A stretch of 63,647 nt of DNA, filler included, from Octopus bimaculoides (Eukaryota): the NCBI RefSeq assembly GCF_001194135.2. It is 8 parts of 8 records of this genome, joined end to end, with 100 filler letters (N's around TTAATTAATTAA, not from the genome) between each part and the next. Parts side by side here need not be neighbours in the genome. Positions count along the whole stretch, not along the records: positions 1 to 3,531 come from NC_068986.1; positions 3,632 to 6,622 come from NC_068993.1; positions 6,723 to 20,196 come from NC_068988.1; 5 more parts are not named here. The stretch is one strand, 5' to 3'. A program made the position numbers and the translations under genes. The notes under the pieces were generated by a model. It searched no databases. It saw nothing but the letters and a program-made list of their open reading frames with translations, and was not told the DNA's origin. Below are positions 1 to 13,753 of the stretch, one piece after another (within the stretch, counting starts at the first letter, position 1; every line of letters starts with the position of its first letter).

Positions 1-60
<60 letters not shown>
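1..60. repeat. (CT)n microsatellite, representative of dozens of CA/TA/GA/TAC/TAA/CAGA/TATG arrays in the window
   Basis: Directly visible; most N gaps are flanked by such arrays. Confidence 0.95.
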
Positions 61-61
<1 letters not shown>

Positions 62-660
62 GCATAAGTGCAATCTGCTTGCTCTCCTTTGTGGCACTTT
101 GATAAGTATCTACTTACATAATCTCGAGCTGACCGAAGACTTGTGACGGTAAACGGTGTAGAAACCTACCTGTTGGATTTGAGAATTCAAACGACTCGTC
201 TCGTCACACACAATGTTACTCGTAACCTGTTCGGGGTTCCGTTAAAGATACATATACCTATGGTATATCCGACCACTTATTTTGTGTAACACAGTGATTG
301 ATTTTGTTGATTGAACTGCTACAATCACTGTCGAAATCGATGCAAGATCCGTCGTTCATCATTGTAGTTGAAGCAACGAAGATAAGTTTCAGCTGCAGCA
401 TGACCACAGTCGCGTGACTGATATAGGTTGACTGTTTTCCCCAATTTTTGCGAAACATGCACCGGAAATCTCATAATGGAAATAGCAGTCTAATCACTCT
501 AAACACGCACACACAACTGTCTTGAAAACAAAAAAAAACACAGACACTTTCTATAATATACTTTGTTGTCGGATACATTATACCTGAAAAACAAACGGTG
601 TAATCTAGCCTGCTCGATGAAGGTTGAAATGAGGCTAAACAACAATTTTAACTATTATAT

Positions 661-699
<39 letters not shown>

Positions 700-1369
700 T
701 TACTACTACTACTACTACTACTACTATGGTTGAGACTTTGCTTTAAAAGATCATCAGCAAATTTGCAGAGAAACGATGCAAAATCTTCGCCGATGCCTTA
801 AGTATGAAAACACTGGTAACGAACTACATCAAGGAATTATCCTTGACCAACGTGATTAACACAATTTTTTTGTATACTGTGTTGAGGTATTCATGTATCC
901 GTCAGCAATACTATAAGCAAGTTAAATAAAGTTTACAAGGCATCCCTACAAACTTCGCCTAAGCCCACACAATAATTCATTCCGATATCACCACAAAAGA
1001 ACATTACATCGCTTTCAAAACATATATGGAAATCGAAAAAATCAGGGCTCAAAGACAACGTTATGTAAGGCACATACTTTTAGATGCATTGAAACTCTAC
1101 ATCTTCTACCACACATACCCAATCTTAATTGAAAAGAATTGAACTAGTTTCGACCCATCAAAACATGACAAACCCTTTCTCAGGGGCTTCAAAGATTATT
1201 CCTCCCCAGCACCACCACTCCATGATGCATGTAAGATAACAGATGACACCAAGGATTTGCGCCACTAACTTTATATACAGCTCTGAGTATGCATGATCGA
1301 AGGGCCGATTAAACGTATGAGTGATTAGAAGAAAAATCACTATTTATCATACAAATAATCTGTGTGAGC

Positions 1370-1426
<57 letters not shown>

Positions 1427-3327
1427 TGTGGGTGTGTGTGTAAGTCTAAGATATATTTCTTTTATACACAATTGTATCTACGATTAGACTTTAATTCATA
1501 TTACACATACACACAAGCACATAGACACACATATACATATATATAATATTAATTATGTAATTATATACGTTATTATAAATAAATAATCATAATTATATGA
1601 TTACATAATTATATAAATATATATACGCATATATATAAAAGAACATAAGTATATGCAAACATATAAATGCATATGCATCTGTTTGTAAATATATATAGAT
1701 NNNNNNNNNNNNNNNNNNNNNNNNNNNNNNNNNNNNNNNNNNNNNNNNNNNNNNNNNNNNNNNNNNNNNNNNNNNNNNNNNNNNNNNNNNNNNNNNNNNN
1801 NNNNNNNNNNNNNNNNNNNNNNNNNNNNNNNNNNNNNNNNNNNNNNNNNNNNNNNNNNNNNNNNNNNNNNNNNNNNNNNNNNNNNNNNNNNNNNNNNNNN
1901 NNNNNNNNNNNNNNNNNNNNNNNNNNNNNNNNNNNNNNNNNNNNNNNNNNNNNNNNNNNNNNNNNNNNNNNNNNNNNNNNNNNNNNNNNNNNNNNNNNNN
2001 NNNNNNNNNNNNNNNNNNNNNNNNNNNNNNNNNNNNNNNNNNNNNNNNNNNNNNNNNNNNNNNNNNNNNNNNNNNNNNNNNNNNNNNNNNNNNNNNNNNN
2101 NNNNNNNNNNNNNNNNNNNNNNNNNNNNNNNNNNNNNNNNNNNNNNNNNNNNNNNNNNNNNNNNNNNNNNNNNNNNNNNNNNNNNNNNNNNNNNNNNNNN
2201 NNNNNNNNNNNNNNNNNNNNNNNNNNNNNNNNNNNNNNNNNNNNNNNNNNNNNNNNNNNNNNNNNNNNNNNNNNNNNNNNNNNNNNNNNNNNNNNNNNNN
2301 NNNNNNNNNNNNNNNNNNNNNNNNNNNNNNNNNNNNNNNNNNNNNNNNNNNNNNNNNNNNNNNNNNNNNNNNNNNNNNNNNNNNNNNNNNNNNNNNNNNN
2401 NNNNNNNNNNNNNNNNNNNNNNNNNNNNNNNNNNNNNNNNNNNNNNNNNNNNNNNNNNNNNNNNNNNNNNNNNNNNNNNNNNNNNNNNNNNNNNNNNNNN
2501 NNNNNNNNNNNNNNNNNNNNNNNNNNNNNNNNNNNNNNNNNNNNNNNNNNNNNNNNNNNNNNNNNNNNNNNNNNNNNNNNNNNNNNNNNNNNNNNNNNNN
2601 NNNNNNNNNNNNNNNNNNTCTTCAATGAGAATATTGACCAAGGTTACCGTGGTCTTTTCCGTAGGCTTTTCCTTCCACGGCTAAACCTAAACTGTCCTCC
2701 CCTCTTTTACACGAGAACATTACTGTGTGATACACGATCCCTATTGATCGGCCTTTCTTTTTTTTTTTTTCCGATCCCTTTTGATCGAACTCCCCCTTTT
2801 TCCCTTCCTACGATCCCTTTTGATCGACACCACCACTTTTTTTTTTCCTTCCTTCCCCCTCCCAAAAAGAAAAGCTCTACATTGTATTTGTCCCATCTTC
2901 GTTGAGCCCTGTGTGGCTAATAAAAGAAATGTATCTATCTATCTATCTATCTATAGATTTAACTATCTGCCAGTCCATCTTAATACTTATCTATATATCG
3001 TTCACTTTATCTCTATAACTATCAACCGTTCTTTCAGTTTGTCTTTATCTGTCCGTCCCTATCTATCTGCCTATTTATCTACCAGTCTGCCTGGTCAATC
3101 TATTCATCTCTGTGTCTTATATATGCGTGTGTATGCGTGTATGCGTGCGCGTGTGTGTGCGTGTGTGTGTATGTGTGTGTGCGTGTGTGTGTGTTTGTGT
3201 GCGTGTGTGCACCCGCTCATATGCTCGCACGTGTGCATATATGTATTGCCCTGTTTGTTGTCACTGCTCTCACTTTATCAGATAGCCTGTTTCTTATGTC
3301 TATTTCTCTCTATCTATCTATCTTTAC

Positions 3328-3430
<103 letters not shown>

Positions 3431-3972
3431 ACACACTCACTCTCTCTCTCTCTCTCATGCTTTCTTTCTTTCTCTCTTTCCCATCTCCGTCTTTCTCAAC
3501 TCCATTTTACACTCTCACATTTTTCTCTCTANNNNNNNNNNNNNNNNNNNNNNNNNNNNNNNNNNNNNNNNNNNNTTAATTAATTAANNNNNNNNNNNNN
3601 NNNNNNNNNNNNNNNNNNNNNNNNNNNNNNNGTATATATATATATATGAATATACATATATATATGAATATGCATATATATACATATCTATATATATGTA
3701 CATACATATATATATATACACATGTACATAAATATATATGTATATACATATGTATATATATATATATATATATATGTGCATACATATATACACACACACA
3801 CACATATATATATGAATATACATACATATATATATATATAAATATACATATATATATATATACATATATATGTACATATATATATGTACATACATATATA
3901 TGCATATATATATACACACATATATGCATACATATATATTTATACACACATATATACATATGTATATATATG

Positions 3973-4011
<39 letters not shown>

Positions 4012-4045
4012 ATGTATGTACATATATGTATAATGTATGTATGTG

Positions 4046-4100
<55 letters not shown>

Positions 4101-4262
4101 TTATTAATATTTCTAAGTCTCTCTAAAGGAGACTACGGCAGCGGTACTGGAAATTAATAGTTATCGCCAAGCCAACATGGCAGTCCCAAAATTAGGACGA
4201 AAGCTGCCGTGAATTAGCTCCAAGAAGCCATCGCCTCTAGCTAGCTATGTGACACACGAAAC

Positions 4263-4313
<51 letters not shown>

Positions 4314-5210
4314 ATCATATATATATATATACATACATACATACATACACAGACACAAATCCTTTTTACACTTTTACTGTTGTTCTGATTTCAAACAAAG
4401 AGTGGTGGCCATGCTGGGGCTCTAACTCATAGTGTCTTAGTGGATCCTATCCCTCTCCTTTTCCTCCTACCTTTCCCTTTCTTTCCTCCTCCTCCCCTTC
4501 CTCGTCGTTCTCCTTCGCCTCCCTCTTCTTGTCCCTCTCCGTCCCTCCTCTTCCTCCTCTCCTTCTTTCTTCCTTTCTTCCTTCCTCTCCGCCATCTCCT
4601 CATTCTACTCTCTTCCTACCCTTCTTATCCCTCCTCCTCCTCCTTCTTCATCCATCCATCCTAATCAACTCCCATGACAACCGAAATCCACCAATACCTG
4701 TGATCAAAGGGGTTCAATGACCGTCACCTTCCATTTTCTTTTAAAACATTTACCTGAGTTTTTTCCTTTTTTTTTTTTTGTCTTTTCCGTGTTTTTTGAG
4801 ATTTTCGCTGCTATTTCTACGAAGGTTGACGACCACGTAGAGGATTAGCTGAGACGGCTGAAATTTATGGCTGCTTACAATCTTCTCTTAACATGTTCGT
4901 ACATTAATTAATAAAGCAAGCTGTGTTTAAATTATATTTAGATTAAAATTTAATTAGTAGATTAAATGTGCAGGAATTAATCCTTCTGCATTTGGTTCAC
5001 ATGTAGCACAAGAAATGGTTTAGCATCGAAAATATTCACATAAAATCGTATGTATGTATGTATGTATGTATGTATGTATGTATGTACGTATGTATGTATG
5101 TATGTATGTATGTATGTACGTACGTACGTACGTATGTATGCATACTAGAAATCTTCAGACGTGAATGACTCGCGAAACAAATAACTCCAGTTTTAATAAC
5201 TCCGAAAATA

Positions 5211-5249
<39 letters not shown>

Positions 5250-5344
5250 GCACGCACACATGCACAGGCACACACACACACATCATTATTTAACTGAAAG
5301 CTAAATTGCTTTTGAAATGTCATTTGTCGTTTTATTTTAAGAAC

Positions 5345-5560
5345 CATCAAAAAAATGACGTAAAGCAGTTGAAACTGCTTGCGACATCAACGAAACGTTT
5401 AGTGAAGAAATAGCCAGTGAGTGGTCAGCTCGAAAATGGTCTAAACGATTTCGAAGTGGAGACATGAGCCTTGAAGATTGTGAGCGTAGTGGACGCCCAT
5501 CTGTCAATAATGACGGTCAATTAAAAACCGCCATTGAGAAAAATCCACGTAAAACCATTA
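5345..5560 (+). mobile_element. mariner transposase N-terminal (HTH) fragment, degenerate
   Basis: Translates as AVETACDINETFSEEIASEWSARKWSKRFRSGDMSLEDCERSGRPSVNNDGQLKTAIEKNPRKT, matching the mariner/Hsmar1-type 'W..RF..G..SLED..RSGRP' motif; no catalytic domain follows. Confidence 0.8.
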
Positions 5561-5662
5561 AAATTGAATAAATTTCTGTATTGTTGAATTATATTGTGAT
5601 GAATTTCATGTTTCAGAACGCTGCTCAGCCTGATATAAAATATGATTTCAGAACATCGTTCC

Positions 5663-5812
5663 CTGCGTTTCACTGGGACTTAATTTATCGACCCCGAAAG
5701 GATGAAAGGCAAAGTCAATCTCGGCGGAATTTGAACTCAGAACGTAAAGACAGACGAAATGCTGCAAAGCATTTTAGCCGGCGTACTAACGATTCTGCCA
5801 GCTCGCCGCTCT
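5663..5812 (-). mobile_element. tRNA-derived SINE (family A)
   Basis: Reverse complement of the recurrent 'gagctggcagaa..gttag..ttctgagttcaaattccgccgag..gactttgcctttcatcc..gtcgataaattaagt' element seen many times in the window. Confidence 0.75.
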
Positions 5813-7029
5813 AATAATAATAATAATGATAATAATAATTACAAAAATTATTATTATTTTACTTACAAGCAAAGCGACAAACATTTAAGGCGGGTTAATC
5901 TGAAATCATCGGGAGTAGGATGAAATCAATTTCATCCTAATACGCGATAATCTAAATGCGATTTCAAGTTACCCGGAGCTAAGCTGAAAGGGAGCGGGTA
6001 ATCTAACGTCGCAACAGCGGTGTCCCTTTCAGGAGCGAAACATTGTAATGTCAGTCATATATATATATATATATATACCATGGAGACAGGGTTAACCCCA
6101 GCCCTGTGAGTTGTGGGTGTCATGTCAGACCTAAGCCCGGGTCCCGCTGTTTTATATTTCTTTTGTTAAGTGTCTGCTTTGAACATGCAAACTCATGCAG
6201 CGAGAGTTTATTTGAATTTTCAAAGCGTTTTCGCTGAGTATATAAGACTGCATTCCCCTACAGCGCCCCCTGTGCGGGGGATGCTGGTCCTTCGTAAGAA
6301 TAGTCAACAGATTCCACTGTTACTAGAACAACCTGAAATGAAGTGCCTTGCCCAATGACACAACTCACCACCCGGTTCGAAAATTGAACCCACGATCAGC
6401 TGATCTTGAGTCCAACACTTAGATCACCAGCCTTACAAGCAATTAATACCCGACACTGTTGGCACTCGTGTTTATCTGAGTATACAGAAGAAGAAGGAGG
6501 AGGAGGAGGAAGAGGAGAAGAAGAAGAAGAAGAAGAAGAAGAAGAAGAAGAAGCAGAAGAAGAAGCAGCAGCAGCAGCAGTAGTAGTAGTAACAGCAGCA
6601 GCAGCAGCGGCAGGAGCAGCAGNNNNNNNNNNNNNNNNNNNNNNNNNNNNNNNNNNNNNNNNNNNNTTAATTAATTAANNNNNNNNNNNNNNNNNNNNNN
6701 NNNNNNNNNNNNNNNNNNNNNNGAGAGGAAGATCTGGGGGAATGGTAACGACAGGCTGAAGTGGAGAAGGGGTGGGTGGAATAGAAGTAGGAGGGGATGA
6801 AGTAGGGTTAGGAGGGCCGGTCGGGATGGTGGAGGGCTGGGAGGGAGGGGGTGGAGTGTGTGTATACATACATACATATATATATACATACATACATATG
6901 CTCATATGTAACTACGAGTATACACACATTCACACACACACATATACACACACAGACATACATATATGTACACTGAACCACAAAACAAACGCGAGACGTG
7001 TGTGACTGTGAAATATGTTTTAATTTCAT

Positions 7030-7601
7030 TATGTCAGATAAATTTTGATAAATCTGATAAAGTCAATTTCTTGGATGCACTCTGCCAGACCACAGTGGTT
7101 GGTTGTGATGTGTTCTGATAGTGGGCGGATCCAGCACATCGAAATTGTAGGGAGTGACATGTTCAATAGAATGTATGCCCTCCCTGAATGTTCAAAACGG
7201 CCATACATTGTCGGTACATGGAGTGCATAAGGTAGTTCACAAACGCCATTGGTCCCTGTTGGCACCATACCCTGAGGAAAGCTGCCTCTAGTTCCACCTT
7301 GAAAGCTGCCTCCAGTTCCGCCTCGAAACCACCTGGTTCAACCGTCTCTGGATTTCATCCCACAAGTGTTCAATTGGGTTCAAATCCGGGCTGAGAGAGC
7401 CGGTCATGGCATGGTTCCGATGTTGTGCTGATGCAAGAAGCCGATGGTGATTATGGCCGTGTGGGAGGGAGAATTGTCCTGCTGGTACATGTGGCTATAG
7501 TGAGGCGCTAAGATGGGCCCGATGTGAGGTCTTAGGACCTGGTCAACGTAGCACTGCGCTGTGAGGCCATTCCCTCTGCCTACACCAACATTTTGGAACA
7601 C
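7030..7601 (-). mobile_element. Tc1-family transposase C-terminal fragment, frameshifted
   Basis: Minus strand gives LTAQCYVDQVLRPHI..YQQDNSPSHTA followed by PALSPDLNPIEHLWDEIQRRL, the second D and the E region of a Tc1 DDE domain. Confidence 0.85.
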
Positions 7602-9897
7602 ATGGGGCTCAATTCTCTGATTCAGGCCTGTAGTACCTCAAACCATGATGCTTTGGTCACACCACGCGTCTGTGTCCATGACACATGCGTCTGTAGCGTT
7701 CACATCTCCTACGTCACACATTCACTCTGCCATTTACTCTGCCATACATATGTATGTGTGTGCGTGTGTCTTTGTTTCCCCCCCACCACCACCATTACCG
7801 CTCGTCAATCAGTGTTGGTGTGTTTAGGTCTCCGTAAGTTAGCAGTTCGATAGAATAAGTACTAGGCTTAAAAAAAAGTCCTGGCGTCGATTTGTTGGCC
7901 TAAAACCCTTCAAGCCAAGCTCCAGCATGGCTGAAGTCGAATGGCTGAAACAAATAACAGAATAAAAGAATAATAAGAAATTAAGCCAGAAGATGAATAA
8001 CACAATTCGCGAAGGAACAACAAAAGGTAATTTATCTAATATGAACTTTGCAATAACGAACGAATGTCATGCATGCTCTAATAACTACAACGGTATTAGT
8101 AATCTAAGAAAATACAGGGATAATACTGCTGACAGTAGGTACATTGAAAATTCTAATGTTCATATTATCCGTAACAACAGCGATGAACGTAACGAAAGAT
8201 ATTTAGGAAATACGAGAGATGGAAAGAAGAAGTATAAAGAATAAGGGTGCTGTAAATAGAGGACTAAAGAGAAATTGTACTTTCACAGACGAAAGAGTAT
8301 CTACTCTAGAAATTCAGTGCATGCATCGTATCTGAAGAAACAAGTATACAGTGAGTACCAAGGGAGGTGTGTACGAGTATATTGGGGCAGCTGTGGAGTT
8401 TTCTTCAGAATTCGATATCGGAACAATGTTGCCTGTTTCAGTTGAATTGATATAAAACAGTTAACCTCTCTAGCACGCTTCATATAGAGACAACAGGAAG
8501 ATGGAATTAGAAAATAGTGTTATATGATCCATAATAAAAAAGTGCACATCCGTATGATATATTGCTAGAACTTTTCCATTTAAGTTAAGAGTAATCTCTC
8601 TGCACTTTATTGTGATAAAATCTTAGTCAAGAGATGCTGCAAGACATAAGATGTAACCACAGACTCAAGTACACATGTTCCCGATATGATAGGGATATTT
8701 AATTATTCTGGCTATCAATAGTTCGCAAACATAATTTTTCTTTCCGTCGACATACATTGATACATCTCCCGACTGTGTAATATGGATAGCAAGGACGTGC
8801 CGCTTGGTTAGGTAATGTAGGCAGTGCCTGCTCTGAATGAAATAGATCGATAGTAACAGTTTCCTTTTATGGTAAAATATGCACACTATTCAATAAAACT
8901 ATGAAGGCTACTTTGATTAGCCCCTAACTTTCAATCGCAGTATTAAAGCTACGCATAATACTGCTGCAGTACACGTGCTACGTACATTCTTACAACAACG
9001 GGAGACATTTCGTAATTCGGTTGCAATTTATAGTGAACCGATTGACAACACAGCTTTCATTCTTTGGCGTAGCGTAAACATAGCTGTTATTCAGCACAAG
9101 ATAAGTCAAGACTGAATATACTTAAATAAATTGCGTTCTATTCTTGCCCACCACAAAAATCTATTCATATAGCAAGTTATTAATTTCCAATACGACCGTT
9201 ATGTTGGGTGACATGCTATGATTTGAGGGTTATATTTTGCCTAGAAATCTGTTTTCAACACCGAGATGAGGATTCATAATTTGGCAACATCTTCATGCGT
9301 ATGTAACGACGGAAATAGCGAATAGCGCTTTCAAAATCATTATACATTCACTCATACTCAACCATGCACACACACAAGCACAGTGGTTGCTGAGTATACA
9401 GTTATAGTTTATTATCGTTTAGTATTTGCTGAGATAAAATTCTATTAGAAGTTCTGCTTCTTATCGTTATATTTACATATAAATGCATCTATGTCATAAA
9501 GTATGTCCTGGAGATTTTGTTAATTGATTAATCCAGTATGATTATTATGATCAAATATATATAAAGGATTATATTTTACATTATATTAAGTAGTATTTAA
9601 GCCACTAGAAAAGTGATAACATATCCATTAATGAAAGGCGTGTTGTGATTTGATCACAAGTACACTCCCAGATATTAACGATTATATGTTAACGGTTTCT
9701 GCGAAAGAGTAGTGGGTAAAATGTTTTTATAGAAGCAGTTACACAATCACAAAACAGACACAAAGTTTATAAAAAAAAATTGCACACACTCAAAGTCGTA
9801 CATATGCAGGAGAGTATGTGAATCTTTGTACAAGAATAAACATTTATTTAACAAAGTTGAAAGATATTTACAAGGTTCATCAATCACTGTTTAATCT

Positions 9898-10956
9898 ATG
9901 GAATCACCAAATGAAGTAACCAAAATGTGGAAGACAAGTTCATGTAATATAGATATGGAAAGCACCTCTCTATCACTAAAAGCAGTAAAAGAAACCAGTC
10001 TAAATGGATATATACAGAAATGCAAACATGTAGCAATTGTATGCTATGTTCCTTCGAAATTTAACTTAGAAATCTGGAAAAAGTCTACCCTGAAAGCACG
10101 AATTTTTTATCTCTGTCTCCTTGTATTATATTTGGTTCCATCCTTTGATACATTTCGTCTTGCATGGTTCATAGTAGCAAATTTTTCATCAGAGAATAGT
10201 GGAGAGGTTTTAGCAAAACTTCTTGTTATGTTTATAAAATTATTCTCAACTGCAACTGCTCTAATCATTATCTGGAAACGAGATGATATAAATAACTTAA
10301 TCTAGGAATATGAAGACTATATACCAGTACATCAGGATGATGGATTTATGGAGAAATACTACAAAATTGGAATGCGTTCTCTCAAATCTACCGCCTGTTT
10401 AAATTTTCTGTCATCTTTTGTATTTCAAATTATTTTCCCCTTAGCTTTCCGGGACCCCCTTTATTTTCTGGACGTCTTAACTTTCCCTGTATCAGGAGAC
10501 AGCAATTTATATTTGCTTATGTTGACGATAAGTTTTCTAACTTCTACATTCAGCACATTTATTTTACTTCCTAGTATAACTCTAGTTGATACATTTGAAT
10601 CATTCTTCATTGATGAATATAATTATTTGTCAGAGATATTCAGAAACTTCATACACGAACATCAAGGTCATCAGAAACATATGTTCGAAGAACATGCAAA
10701 TCGCAGTGAAGGATTAATTGAACTAATTAACCAACATGCAAAACTTTGTCAATTATTAAATATTACAAACAAGGTATTTCAGATTGTCACTGCTGTGATA
10801 ATATTGCTGTACATGATAAACCTTTGTGCGATAGCATATGAACTTTCAAATAACCTAGTCACTGCCAAAAGCTATACATTCCAAATTGTTCCTGCAGCAA
10901 TGAGTGCAATATTTTGCTTATGTCGGCTCCATAAAGGAATGAAGGTTAATGTCAGT
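9898..10956 (+). pseudogene. Gustatory-receptor-like (GRL/7TM ion channel) large coding exon, copy 1, with one in-frame TAG at 10303-10305
   Basis: ORFs 9898-10305 and 10348-10974 are in the same frame (offset 450 nt) and align end to end with copies 2 and 3. About six hydrophobic segments; GR-like 'LINQHAKLCQLLNITNKVFQ' before TM5; ends at a GTAAGT donor (10957). Confidence 0.75.
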
Positions 10957-11330
10957 GTAAGTATTTCTTTGTAGCATTTTCTAATGAATAATTGTTTAAT
11001 GATTAAATATCTTCTCTATTTTTTATAAAATATGTATATTTAACGATATTCGCAGACATGTCTGTTTTGCTGAGATGGCCGCTCAGCGACAACGAAATTT
11101 CAGCTTCGCTCTCATACTGAGGTGCATCGGTCAAGTGTTTTCTACAGTAGCCTCATGCGGACTAATCCCTTGTGCGTAAATTTAGTAGACGAAAATCTTT
11201 GTAAAAACCGTGACAAACACATTTGTATACACACACAGACAGACATACAAAGATACACAGACACACACACATACACACATATACATACATATAAATATAC
11301 ATACGTATGTATATATGAATATAAACTCAG

Positions 11331-11383
<53 letters not shown>

Positions 11384-11835
11384 AAATTATGTATATGTGT
11401 AAATATAAACATAATTGTTAGTTTTATAAATGCGTTTGTGTGTAAGAAATCGCTTGCGATCATGTTTGAATATAAGCTATTCATTGATGGATTGACGAGG
11501 AACACTAATTAATCTTTAATAGAATCATAACATTAGCTAATTATATTGAATGTATGTATAAATGACATCATCCTGATATGACAATCACGCATGAAACTCA
11601 CTAATTATAAGCGCATTATATTAAAAGCTAACTGATTCTAAATGACATGCATTAAAAATATTGGAAGAATACATTAGGGCGTGGTAAACATTAGTGTATA
11701 GACAACCAGAGTTTATGTTGGATCAAAAATTATTTTCTTTATTTGCCACAGGATTTAATGTTAAACTATTATTCGGACGCTTAGTCCTACAAAATCTATG
11801 ATGAGATAATTCAATTTAAGCAGATACCAATTTTT

Positions 11836-12918
11836 ATGGCCTTATCATCTTTACCAAAAATTGTTTCAAACATGGAATTATTACATAGAAATGTGGAAGT
11901 AAGTGACTCTTACAATATAAATACCGATCAATCTAAATCAAATGCGATAAAAGATACTATTCTGAATTCATTTCTGCTAAAAATTAAAAAGCTTTCCATT
12001 ATGGGACTCTTTCCTTACGGGATAAATGTAGAAATGTGGAAAGTTTCTGGATTAAAGACACAAATACTTTATATATTAATCCCATTCGTGTATTTAATTT
12101 CTATGCTTGATATTATACGTTTGCCTTGGTTTATCATAATAAACCATTCGAAGGAAAATCTCGGGTCGCTCTTTGGGAAAAGTTTTCTTCTTTTGTTGAA
12201 GACATATCCATGTATAATTTCCATAAACATGTTTTGGAACAGATTTAATATCAACAGGTTAATTCACGAGTTCGGTACCTACATTCCAATAAACCAAAAT
12301 GCTAACTATATGGCTCGATATAACACCCTGGGTACATATTTTATCGTATATAACGCATGCTGTATTGTCGTGTTGACTTTTGCGGTCCACGTCATTTTAC
12401 CTATGACACTGGCAGATCCGGATTTCTTCTTTGATGTCATGGCTTTCCCGATATTACGTGGGAGCGAATTATTTTTAATTAGTTTGATAATTAATTGGAT
12501 GATAAATACATTGGTGACAATTCTCATTACACCAAATTATATCGTACTTGTTGGATTACAGTTAATCATGATAGATGAGTTTAAATTTTTATCACAGACA
12601 CTTCAAGTCTATTTTCCGGAAAACCAAGACGACCATACAAATATATCTGCCACCCAAACTCCTTGCGTTGATATATTAGATAAGATAATTAAGCAGCATG
12701 GTAAACTTTGTCGCTTACTTAAGATTAACAACAAAGCGTCTCATGTTACAGTCGCCATTACAGTTCTTCTGTTCATTATTACTTGTTGTGTACTAGCTCA
12801 TGAAATCTCCAATGGGTTAATAAATGAGAAGGGATATATAATCCAACTGATTTTTGGAATGGGAATAGCATCAGCTTGTTTCCTAATAATATCCAAAGGT
12901 CTTCAGCTCAATTTCAAT
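11836..12918 (+). CDS. GRL/7TM ion channel large coding exon, copy 2, intact; C-terminal exons not located
   Basis: Open 361-codon exon; paralog motifs DPDFFFDVMAFP, IDEFKFLS, IIKQHGKLCRLL, KGYIIQ; phase-0 donor AAT|GTAAGT at 12919. The ATG homologous to copies 1 and 3 is at 11872. Confidence 0.8.
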
Positions 12919-13493
12919 GTAAGTATTTAGTTTGCTATTTTTCCGCTTCAGTTATATTAAATGCCGATTCGTTCATAAATGCTGTTTAAATTCAAGTATT
13001 AGTCGTCATTTTTTTTAGTGGTGTTAGTGTGAGTTGTTACTGCACCTCTTTACCCAGAAACTCGAGTCTGTGCGTATCACGTCAGATCGACGATGGGAAG
13101 GATGACTTCCTTTTGCAAATACCGACAGGGTACAGTAAGTGTGTCAATAGCCAGCTGGAGGAGATGTTCTCCTGGGGCTAAAAGCAACAGTAGCATTCAC
13201 CCTTAGGGTCTAGTCGCATTTAAGTGGCAAATATACTTCACCTTGTCGTGCAGTTACGGTTAATACCTCTTTCAGAGATTTAACATTATATATATNNNNN
13301 NNNNNNNNNNNNNNNNNNNNNNNNNNNNNNNNNNNNNNNNNNNNNNNNNNNNNNNNNNNNNNNNNNNNNNNNNNNNNNNNNNNNNNNNNNNNNNNNNNNN
13401 NNNNNNNNNNNNNNNNNNNNNNNNNNNNNNTATATATATATATATATTCTTTGATATGTACTTTGATTGGTTTCGGTCAGTATTGGCGTACGC

Positions 13494-13740
13494 CATGTCT
13501 AACTTAATAGCACCGCTTGGCAAAGTCATTCGAATCAGAATTCGGACAACATGGCCCACATGAGGAGATAGTTATAATTTATGGTGACATATCCGGGTGT
13601 CGGAGGTTTACCAGGAGTTTTTGAAGGAATTTGTCCAAAGCCTTATCGAACTTTATTGGGCCTGTTTCTGCTTTAATGTATTTTGGTGTATTTAATGTAT
13701 TTAATATGATGGTTGGTTGTGAACTTAATGTGGCAGTCCC
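13494..13740 (-). mobile_element. CR1/L2-like LINE 3' fragment
   Basis: Minus-strand ..KFDKALDKFLQKL.. RT C-terminal remnant; shares 'gccatgtctaacttaatagcacc' with the LINE copy at 61952. Confidence 0.6.
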
Positions 13741-13753
13741 AGGAAAGGGAAGA

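Noticed and set aside
727-1150. Possible degenerate LINE C-terminal coding remnant
   Set aside because: Only vague similarity in broken frames; no diagnostic motif I can support.
4136-4209. Hammerhead-like structure cggcagc...gtcc-caaaatta-ggac-GAAA-gctgccg
   Set aside because: It has a stem followed by GAAA but lacks the CUGANGA core and the UH cleavage site, and the spacing does not fit an HDV-like ribozyme. It looks like a repeat fragment.
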